A program made the position numbers and the translations under genes. Below the pieces are notes generated by a model. That model was not told the origin of the DNA, searched no databases, and worked only from the letters and a program-made list of their open reading frames with translations. From Candidatus Woesearchaeota archaeon (GTDB taxonomy: Archaea > Nanobdellota > Nanobdellia > Woesearchaeales > JACJVV01): a stretch of DNA of 64,000 nucleotides. The stretch is from contig JBLKOM010000006.1 of NCBI GenBank assembly GCA_047602755.1, positions 77,561-141,560 on the forward strand, written 5' to 3'. Of this stretch, positions 40,581 to 48,620 are shown one piece after another (the first letter of the stretch is position 1; every line of letters starts with the position of its first letter).

Positions 40581-41504
40581 ATGAAATGGATAAAAGTATT
40601 CTCCCCTGCAACAATAGGTAATATTGGTCCTGGTTTTGATGTTCTAGGACTTGCAGTACAAGGACTAGGAGATACTATTGAAGCAAGAAAAATAAAGAAA
40701 GGAATTGTTATAAGTGAAATAATATCAGAAAGTAAATTATCTTCTAACCCAAAAAAGAATACAGTAACACTAGCTGCAAAAGAAGTTTTGAAGTTATTAA
40801 AAATTAAAGAAGGAATAGAATTTAAAATAAGAAAAGGTTTACCTGCTGGTTCAGGGCTTGGAAGTAGTGCTGCATCCGCTGCTGCAGGCGCATTTGCTGC
40901 TAATTATCTTTATGGAAATAAACTAACTAAAAAAGAATTAATACTTCCTGCAACATTAGCAGAACAAAAGGTTAGTGGAGGATTCTTTGCTGATAATACT
41001 GCACCTGCATTACTTGGTGGTGCTACTTTAACAAGAACAATGCAACCTTTGGATATAACTAAAATAGGAACAATTAATAATTTGGTAGTAATATTAGTTA
41101 CTCCGAATATAACAATTTTAACTTCTAAAGCAAGAAAAATTTTACCTAAAAAAGTACCAATGGAAGATTTTGTTCATAATATGGCTAATACTTCATTAAT
41201 AACAGCTGCATTTGCAAAAAATGATTATAATTTATTTGCAAGAAGCTTGCAAGATCATGTCATTGAACCTTATAGAAAAAAATTAATTGATGGTTTTGAT
41301 AATGTTAGAAAAGCAGCAATAAAAGCTGGAGCAAATGGAATGGCTATTTCTGGAAGTGGGCCAACAGTATTCTCAATAACTAATAATTATAATTTAGCAA
41401 AAAATATTGAGAAAGCTATGAATAAAGAGTTTAATAAATTAGGAATAAAAACAAAAAGTATAATTACAAAAGTAGAGAATCAAGGTACTAAATTGATTGA
41501 TTAA
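40581..41504 (+). CDS. thrB: Homoserine kinase
   Basis: PAT.GN.GPGFDVLGLA, P.GSGLGSSAAS, ADN.AP...GG, ISGSGPT. Confidence 0.93.
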   Translation: MKWIKVFSPATIGNIGPGFDVLGLAVQGLGDTIEARKIKKGIVISEIISESKLSSNPKKNTVTLAAKEVLKLLKIKEGIEFKIRKGLPAGSGLGSSAASAAAGAFAANYLYGNKLTKKELILPATLAEQKVSGGFFADNTAPALLGGATLTRTMQPLDITKIGTINNLVVILVTPNITILTSKARKILPKKVPMEDFVHNMANTSLITAAFAKNDYNLFARSLQDHVIEPYRKKLIDGFDNVRKAAIKAGANGMAISGSGPTVFSITNNYNLAKNIEKAMNKEFNKLGIKTKSIITKVENQGTKLID

Positions 41505-41517
41505 TAGACATTGTTTT

Positions 41518-42297
41518 TTAATTCTTCTTTTGTAATTTCTTCAAATCTTTTAATTTACCAAAATGAAGTAATTCCTTTCCATATACTACTACCTCGAAAT
41601 TATCAAGGTTATGTTTCAAATAAGGAGATAGCACATTTTCTTGAAGAATATTTGTTCCATCAGTTATTTCGTTATAAGAAGGCATAGCAATAAGCTTATA
41701 ATTTTTATATTTACCTATCAAAAAACACTTGTATGTTTCAGATCTATTTTCTCCAACTAAAGTGATTGCAGGATGTTCATGACCTATAATAATTGTATCA
41801 ATCTTTTTGGCACTATTTTTATTATTTGTTTCATCATTTTTTAGTTTATTTTTCTCTATCTTATTAATATCTATTATTTTATCCCCATGAACAATTAAGA
41901 ATGAACCTACTTGATAATAATCAACTAGTTTAAGATTACATTCTTCAGCAATTGGGCTAAGTATTTTGTCATGATTACCTTTTACTAGAAAGATATTTTT
42001 ATTCTTAAATAAACTCAAAAATTTGATAGTATGTCTCCATTCTGTTTTAGATATATCACCAAACTCATGTTTTAGATCACCATTTAATACAACAGTATCA
42101 AAATCAACTTCTGAAATAATATTTCTTGTTTTCTCATATACATGTTTAAAAAAAACTCTAGGTAAAAGAATTCCTTGTTTATTTAATGCTTCTTCATACC
42201 CAATATGAACATCAGAAATTATTAATGTTTTATATTTAGGTAAGTATATTGTTAATGAAATTAAATCAATCTCATTAGATATTTTTATTTTTGACAT
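41518..42297 (-). CDS. Calcineurin-like metallophosphoesterase of the Lhr-associated type
   Basis: SDVHIGYE, NGDLKHEF, GNHD, HGD, GHEHPAI. Confidence 0.9.
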   Translation of the reverse strand: MSKIKISNEIDLISLTIYLPKYKTLIISDVHIGYEEALNKQGILLPRVFFKHVYEKTRNIISEVDFDTVVLNGDLKHEFGDISKTEWRHTIKFLSLFKNKNIFLVKGNHDKILSPIAEECNLKLVDYYQVGSFLIVHGDKIIDINKIEKNKLKNDETNNKNSAKKIDTIIIGHEHPAITLVGENRSETYKCFLIGKYKNYKLIAMPSYNEITDGTNILQENVLSPYLKHNLDNFEVVVYGKELLHFGKLKDLKKLQKKN

Positions 42298-42346
42298 AAT
42301 AAAAGTAAAAAAATAAAAGAAATTAAAAAATGTTTGTACTAAACAT

Positions 42347-43141
42347 CTATATCTCTATTAGTGTTGTATCTGAGGGAGGATTCATATCTCCTGGTCTTAA
42401 ATTATTAAATGCAGCTGAGCTATATCTTGCAACTCTGTTTTGTCTACCTTCTGAATCTATTTCAAAAACACGATATGGTAAACTGTATAATTCATTTGCC
42501 TCTAATAAATAATTTTTATTTTGTTTTTCAAATTCAACAACTACACAACGTCTATTTTCACAACTAACAGTAGAACCTATAACAGCATTATCTAATTCTG
42601 TAATCCAATCAGATGCTAATTTCTGAGGATAATGTTTATCATAATCTATTATAGTATGCCTCCTTAAATTTGCAAGATTACAATCATTTCCATTATATCT
42701 CCTATTATTTACACAATAAGCATAAGCAGTTCCATCAATAAAATAAATAGTATTATACCTAAAAGTAGTTCCTGGAATATCAACTAAATTTCTTAACCAT
42801 ACTATTATAATATCATCTCTTATTTGTACTTGAAAGCCTTCTTCTTCATCATAATACTCATAAGAGGTTAATTCATTATAGTTTTCCTTAAGCTTAATGA
42901 TTGCAGAATCTAGTATAATTTCTGATTCTGGACATTCAAAAAAGTTACAATTATCATCAGGATTTCTAGCAACAAAAGAACCATCAGGACATTCTTTAAC
43001 ATCTTGTGCACAAAAGACTATATCATCTGAAGAATCATCTATTAAATCCGATGGACCATTATCAATTATGTTATTTTGTGAACAACCTATCACAAATAGC
43101 ATAACCATTAATGTTAAAGTAAGAATTAATTTTTTTTTCAT
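42347..43141 (-). CDS. Lipoprotein-like secreted protein with a Cys-rich motif
   Basis: Lipobox-like VIGC; CAQDVKECPDGSFVARNP..NC.F.ECP. Confidence 0.75.
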   Translation of the reverse strand: MKKKLILTLTLMVMLFVIGCSQNNIIDNGPSDLIDDSSDDIVFCAQDVKECPDGSFVARNPDDNCNFFECPESEIILDSAIIKLKENYNELTSYEYYDEEEGFQVQIRDDIIIVWLRNLVDIPGTTFRYNTIYFIDGTAYAYCVNNRRYNGNDCNLANLRRHTIIDYDKHYPQKLASDWITELDNAVIGSTVSCENRRCVVVEFEKQNKNYLLEANELYSLPYRVFEIDSEGRQNRVARYSSAAFNNLRPGDMNPPSDTTLIEI

Positions 43142-43238
43142 TTAATACACCCCATTTTTAATTAATAATACTAATTAAATTTAATAATTTATAAGATTTT
43201 TCCAAAGAATATATATATATTAAAAGAATTTAAACTAT

Positions 43239-43796
43239 ATGAAACATTGGATAAAAATATTCCAAAAACATAGAAAACAAATTGAATTATATGGTATTTT
43301 ATCTTTAATAGCTATTTTATTGTTATTTCTGTTCTTAGATATAATATTAGCTACTATTGTTGTGATTTGTTTCATAGGTGCAAATATATTATTAAGAATG
43401 TATAGAAGAATTCTTCCGGGTGTACCAATTGAATTTGAGGTTGTTATAATGGGGTCAATAGTATGCACTATTGCCTTTAATATATGGGCTGGTTTAATTG
43501 TTGCAATTTTTGGAAGTTTACTTGCAGAATTTTTAAATCAATTTATATCACCGCATAGTTTAGTAAATATGGGAATTTATTTCTTAATTCCTTTTATTGC
43601 ACTTTTTTTAGATGCCAGTAACATTCAAACAATTGGGTTTATGATTGCAATAATTGCTAATATAATTATTTTCATAATCTTTATGTTTATGGGATATGAT
43701 TTAGTAAAGAATTTTGCATTTAGTATAACAAATGTATTTTGGAATTATTTAATGTTTAAATATGTTGCAGGAATTTTACTTGTGATGTTGGTGTAG
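43239..43796 (+). CDS. Membrane protein, possibly ECF S-component-like
   Basis: 185 aa, about 6 TM. Confidence 0.65.
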   Translation: MKHWIKIFQKHRKQIELYGILSLIAILLLFLFLDIILATIVVICFIGANILLRMYRRILPGVPIEFEVVIMGSIVCTIAFNIWAGLIVAIFGSLLAEFLNQFISPHSLVNMGIYFLIPFIALFLDASNIQTIGFMIAIIANIIIFIIFMFMGYDLVKNFAFSITNVFWNYLMFKYVAGILLVMLV

Positions 43797-43820
43797 ATGT
43801 TTATTGATACTGCTTGTTAA

Positions 43821-44960
43821 TTAATATTTTCTTTCAATATGACTTTTAGGGGTTATTTCTATCAAAGAGAATTTTTTATTAGGATTTATTTTATTCCATT
43901 CTGCAATATTATCTTTCATAGATAATCTTTCTTGAGTAGGATAGTCTCTACCAAATGATTGATTTCCTCCCCATGCATGTGCTGCCCCATATACTGCTAT
44001 TGCATATGCATTTATTTGATTTGAGATTATACTTAGTAATACATCTTCACGATCTTCTAAGACTATTTCCCAAAGTCTATCTCTTTCTTTAGGATTTAAA
44101 CCACCCCTTCTTATTCTTTCTCTGGCTTGACCTGCTTCAATATTAAGTCCTGCTTCCTCAGCCGATTCAATTGAAATAAGATAATTAATCGCAATATGTC
44201 CTACTGCATTGTATTTATATTCTTCACCTATATTATTAGCTACATAAAGTTCTGTAGATTCTTTTACTTTTTCTGCTTCATCTTTAAGTGCTTCTAATTG
44301 CCTGTGTAAACTAGCTAAATATGTTGTCCTTATTTGTTCTATATTACTTGATATGGTATAGTATTCTTCAGGTATTTCCCCTTGATTTGCTAATTCTATT
44401 TCTTGTTTTGTTTCAATAATTCTTTGGTTAATTCTTGTAAGATCAATCTCAAAAATACTCTTAAAGATTCTTTCGTAAGCAATAGTACTAGTTATTACCC
44501 CCTCTGTTAGTTCTGCAACTCCTTCTTTATATATCCTAGTAAATCCTATATTATTAACCAAGTATTCTAAAATTTTATAGATATCTCTTTGAGAACTTTC
44601 AATTTTTCTTTCTACTTCTTGTGTTGGATTTTCCACCATATGAGTTTGCCTTATATGCACTAAAGTATATCTTGCACCAGGAGTAATATATTTATCAACA
44701 GATGATGCTCCAGGTATTTCAGCAGGGAAATCTAAAAGAAACTGATTTGCTTCTGTAATAGATTCCAAATTAAAACTTCTTGGAGCAACTGCATTTAAGT
44801 CATCATGAAAAACTGGTTGATTTCTCCAATTATTATAACCAAGAAAAGTAATCATTCCAGCTGCAACTAACCCCATTCCTGAAGTAATAAAACTTCTTAA
44901 TCTAGTTTTTTTTACTTTAGATTCTAATGTTTCATCTTTGTTCTGGTTTGATTGTTTCAT
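43821..44960 (-). CDS. Membrane-anchored protein, possibly of the TIKI/TraB/EreA-ChaN metallohydrolase fold
   Basis: N-terminal TM; HIRQTH, YKEG, DRE, VYGAAH in the expected order; coiled-coil insert. Confidence 0.55.
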   Translation of the reverse strand: MKQSNQNKDETLESKVKKTRLRSFITSGMGLVAAGMITFLGYNNWRNQPVFHDDLNAVAPRSFNLESITEANQFLLDFPAEIPGASSVDKYITPGARYTLVHIRQTHMVENPTQEVERKIESSQRDIYKILEYLVNNIGFTRIYKEGVAELTEGVITSTIAYERIFKSIFEIDLTRINQRIIETKQEIELANQGEIPEEYYTISSNIEQIRTTYLASLHRQLEALKDEAEKVKESTELYVANNIGEEYKYNAVGHIAINYLISIESAEEAGLNIEAGQARERIRRGGLNPKERDRLWEIVLEDREDVLLSIISNQINAYAIAVYGAAHAWGGNQSFGRDYPTQERLSMKDNIAEWNKINPNKKFSLIEITPKSHIERKY

Positions 44961-45068
44961 TTTCGAAATATTTTGTAGTAAATATCATTCATTTTTATTT
45001 TTCATTTGTTCAACATTTTGTTTTAATAAATTTAGTTTTTATATATATAACAAAAAAAATAAAAAAAA

Positions 45069-45818
45069 TTATTTCATAGGAACTCTTATTGTGAATGTTA
45101 CATCCCAATTTTGTCTTTCACCATCTTTATATGTAACACCTGGTCTTAAGACATATTGAATTCCATCTTTTGTATCATATCTTGCAATAGGCCTTACTGA
45201 AATTGCTGTAGAATCTGTATCAGATATAGCAACATTTTCTAAACCTAATCTTATTCTTCCAGATTGATTCTCAGCAATTTGATATGAAGGAGTAAATCTT
45301 GCTATTAACTGATCATTTCCTGATTCAACATGATTGTAACCTACTCCTGCATCAATCATTTTTTTACCTGCTCGTGTAGTTGATAATAAATAACCTCCTA
45401 ATTGTTTTTGATTGCCTGTTATTTCGCCAGTAGGTAATACACCTGTTAATAATAGCATAACATCTGTTAAACTATTATCTGTTACATGTTGAGTAGAAGC
45501 TCCAGCTTCAAGATACAAATCACCAGTTCCATTATTACTTGTAGCAGTCCCTCCAACACTAACATAAGGAACTTGTCCAGCTACATAATACATTAGCTTA
45601 TCAGTTATATCACCCTTAATTTTTAATGTAGGTGCAATAACTGTTCTTTCTACACCTGAAGATGTTTTAATATGTGTTACTGCTGCTTGATATTGTCCAG
45701 GTTTATTTGACCTTATTGCTTCGCCCATATCAGCATTTGTTAAAGATGGCAATAGTGTAGCAAGTCCAATTACAAGGTATTTTTTTGCACTATTTACAAA
45801 CCCATTAACTTTTTTCAT
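45069..45818 (-). CDS. Secreted beta-barrel-like protein resembling the COG4313/Phenol_MetA_deg channel family
   Basis: Signal peptide, VPYV...NGTGDL.L...LPTG signature, amphipathic beta-strands to the C-terminus; GGAGGT SD. Confidence 0.6.
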   Translation of the reverse strand: MKKVNGFVNSAKKYLVIGLATLLPSLTNADMGEAIRSNKPGQYQAAVTHIKTSSGVERTVIAPTLKIKGDITDKLMYYVAGQVPYVSVGGTATSNNGTGDLYLEAGASTQHVTDNSLTDVMLLLTGVLPTGEITGNQKQLGGYLLSTTRAGKKMIDAGVGYNHVESGNDQLIARFTPSYQIAENQSGRIRLGLENVAISDTDSTAISVRPIARYDTKDGIQYVLRPGVTYKDGERQNWDVTFTIRVPMK

Positions 45819-45830
45819 TTTATTTACCTC

Positions 45831-45923
45831 CTAGTATATCCATTCACCATCTATATAGGTGTATTCACCTTTGATTTCCAATTCATGATATTCAATCTCT
45901 TGATTACCAAGTACGCCTTTCAT
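45831..45923 (-). CDS. 30-aa peptide MKGVLGNQEIEYHELEIKGEYTYIDGEWIY (not in the ORF track)
   Basis: ATGA overlap with the upstream stop and a GGGGGTGG SD; its stop overlaps the SD of the next gene. Confidence 0.6.
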   Translation of the reverse strand: MKGVLGNQEIEYHELEIKGEYTYIDGEWIY

Positions 45924-46033
45924 TCAAAACCACCCCCCATTATTTCGATTTCAATTGAAGGAATTCTTTCTTTCAAACATATAGGACAAAATTTATCCTC
46001 TTGAATTATATTGTATCCACATTTGCATTTCAT
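45920..46033 (-). CDS. 37-aa Zn-ribbon microprotein
   Basis: MKCKCG...KFCPIC; GGGGTGA SD before the ATG at 46033. Confidence 0.7.
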   Translation of the reverse strand: MKCKCGYNIIQEDKFCPICLKERIPSIEIEIMGGGFE

Positions 46034-46096
46034 ATATATCACCCCAATTTTATTGTGACTAATACTACTATAAAGTAATAAATAATATATAAATGT

Positions 46097-46120
46097 TATC
46101 TCCCCTTTAAGGGGTTGATA
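46097..46120. promoter_or_regulatory. Palindromic operator candidate between divergent promoters
   Basis: TATC-T-CCCCTT-T-AAGGGG-TT-GATA, flanked by TATA-like boxes. Confidence 0.55.
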
Positions 46121-46157
46121 TAGAAAAATATTTATATACAATTAATATACAATTAAT

Positions 46158-47735
46158 ATGGATTTATCCGTACTTGAAGAAATAGGAATGACTAAAGGAG
46201 AAATTGCTGTATATTTAGCATTACTAGAGATTGGAAGTTCAACTGTTGGTCCTATTGCAGACAAAGCAAAAGTAAGTAGTTCTAAAATATATGATATTCT
46301 TGAAAGATTAATAGATAAGGGTCTTGCAAATTATGTAATAAGAGAAAATACAAAATATTTTGATGCTGCACAACCTAATAGAATTTTGGATTACATGCAA
46401 GACAAGAAAAAACAAATTGAAGATAAAGAAGAAAAAATAAAGCAAATGCTACCCGAATTAGAATTAAAACAAAACTTAAACCAAAAAAAACAAGAAGTCA
46501 ATGTATATGAAGGAATTAAAGGAATAAAAACAGTTAGAGAAAAATCATTAAGAGAAATGAAGAAAGGAGAAGAGTTCTATATACTTGGTGCGTCTGCAGC
46601 ATCAAATCTAAAGTTAGGAGATTATTGGATGAATTATCATAGAAGAAGATCACAGCAAAAGATAGGATTAAAGATGCTAATTAATAGAGATGCACCAAAA
46701 CATCATTTAGATGAAAGAAATGTACTACCTCATACAGATGTTAAATATATGCCATTTGATGCATCAACACCAGCATGGATTGAAATATATAACGAAAGAG
46801 CAGTTGTGGGGATTGCAGAAGATGAACCTATATCTATTGAAATAAAAAGCAAAAAAGCTGCTCAAAGTTTTAGATCATATTTTGAAGCATTATGGAATCA
46901 GGATACTGGAGTGACAAAAGGATGGAAAGCATTTGAACAGTCACTAAACAATATGCTTGATGAAATTCCACAAGATGGAGAGTATCAAGTTTATGGAGCA
47001 GCAATGGGTCCTAATAATAGTATTAAAAATTATATAAATTTTTTTAGTAAATTTCACAAAAGAAGAATAAGTAAAAAAATTAATGTAAGATTATTATTTT
47101 ATCAAGATGGGCTAGAACAAGTTAATAAATATAAAAAAAATATATCATGGTTTGAAAGAGGACAAATAAAATTTCTAAATTATAATCAAGAATCACCTGT
47201 ACAAGTATTCACATATAATGATAAAGCCTTGTTAACTATTCATGAAAAAGAACCTACAGTTATTTACATCAATAATAAAAATATTGCAAATTCTTTTCGA
47301 AAGAATTTTGAAAATAGTTGGAATCAAGAAGTAAGAATACTAAGAGGTATAGATTCAATGAAAATACTTTTTAATGAATTTTTAGAATTTGATAAAGTTG
47401 ATATGATAGCTGCAAAAGGATATTTTATTGATAAATGTCCAAAATTTATAGATCAATGGGAGAAAATAGCAATTAAAAAAAAAATTAAAATACGAAATAT
47501 TGTTGATTTAAGCACAAGAGGACATCGAATTACAAAATTTAAATTTGCAGAAACTAAATATACATTAAATAATGAATTTTCAGAACTTAGTGTAATAACA
47601 ATTTATGGAAATAAGGTTGTGATAAGTAATTGGACAAAAGAAGAACCAATAATAATAATAATTGAGAATAAAGAAATAAATGAAATGTATAAAAAACAAT
47701 TTGAATTATTATGGAAAAAAGAAAACTTTAAGTAA
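46158..47735 (+). CDS. TrmB-family regulator with three tandem effector-binding-like domains
   Basis: IGMT..E..VY.ALL..G...KIYDILERL..KG wHTH; three repeats ending F...FE..W. Confidence 0.88.
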   Translation: MDLSVLEEIGMTKGEIAVYLALLEIGSSTVGPIADKAKVSSSKIYDILERLIDKGLANYVIRENTKYFDAAQPNRILDYMQDKKKQIEDKEEKIKQMLPELELKQNLNQKKQEVNVYEGIKGIKTVREKSLREMKKGEEFYILGASAASNLKLGDYWMNYHRRRSQQKIGLKMLINRDAPKHHLDERNVLPHTDVKYMPFDASTPAWIEIYNERAVVGIAEDEPISIEIKSKKAAQSFRSYFEALWNQDTGVTKGWKAFEQSLNNMLDEIPQDGEYQVYGAAMGPNNSIKNYINFFSKFHKRRISKKINVRLLFYQDGLEQVNKYKKNISWFERGQIKFLNYNQESPVQVFTYNDKALLTIHEKEPTVIYINNKNIANSFRKNFENSWNQEVRILRGIDSMKILFNEFLEFDKVDMIAAKGYFIDKCPKFIDQWEKIAIKKKIKIRNIVDLSTRGHRITKFKFAETKYTLNNEFSELSVITIYGNKVVISNWTKEEPIIIIIENKEINEMYKKQFELLWKKENFK

Positions 47736-47806
47736 TCAAATTTATTAATATATAATAATATATAATACCTAAAATAAATTAAATACAAAAAACATTATTA
47801 TAAAAA

Positions 47807-48604
47807 ATGGCAAAGATAGGATTAATATTAGGAGGAGGAGGAACACGAGGATATGCACATATAGGTGTACTTAAAGTAATTGATAAACTAGGAATAAAGA
47901 TTGATGCAGTTGCTGGATGCAGCGTTGGTTCCTTAATTGGTGCAGCATACTGCTCTGGAACTTCTCCTGATGAAATTGAGAAATATGCAAAAAAACTTGG
48001 ATTATTAGATGTATTTGATGTTAATATATCACCTAAAGGAATCAGAACAACAAAGAAACTTGAGAAAATATTTAATGATACCGTTCAAGTAAATAAATTT
48101 GAAGATCTTAAAATTCCATTATTTATTAATGCAGTAAATTTATCAAAGACCAAAGAAGAGATTTTTAGTAAAGGAAATATTTTTGATGCGATAAGAGCAA
48201 GTGTAAGTGTACCAGGATTAGTTAGCCCTTACAAAATAGGTTCAGATTATTATGTTGATGGTGGAGTTATGAATTCAGAACCAGTTTCAATATTGCCAAA
48301 TACTATTAAAAGATATATAATTGTTGACGTATCACCATTAGGTAAATTAGAAATAGAAAAAGCAAATGTTATTGATATAATAGATATTTCAATGAGGATA
48401 ATGCAAAAAGAATCATGGAAATTAAGAAATATGGGTATATTAAAAAGAAAACATGTTATAATAAAACCAAATTTATATAAAAATTTATTATTAGAACCTA
48501 GAAAAAAATATACTGAGATAATAAAAGAAGGAGAGATTGCAGCATTAAGAAAACAAAAAGAATTACAAAACCTGTCAAAATCATGGTATCATTTAAAGAA
48601 ATAA
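47807..48604 (+). CDS. Patatin-like phospholipase
   Basis: GGGGTRGYAHIG, GCSVG, DGG. Confidence 0.93.
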   Translation: MAKIGLILGGGGTRGYAHIGVLKVIDKLGIKIDAVAGCSVGSLIGAAYCSGTSPDEIEKYAKKLGLLDVFDVNISPKGIRTTKKLEKIFNDTVQVNKFEDLKIPLFINAVNLSKTKEEIFSKGNIFDAIRASVSVPGLVSPYKIGSDYYVDGGVMNSEPVSILPNTIKRYIIVDVSPLGKLEIEKANVIDIIDISMRIMQKESWKLRNMGILKRKHVIIKPNLYKNLLLEPRKKYTEIIKEGEIAALRKQKELQNLSKSWYHLKK

Positions 48605-48620
48605 TTCGAAGTTAATATTT

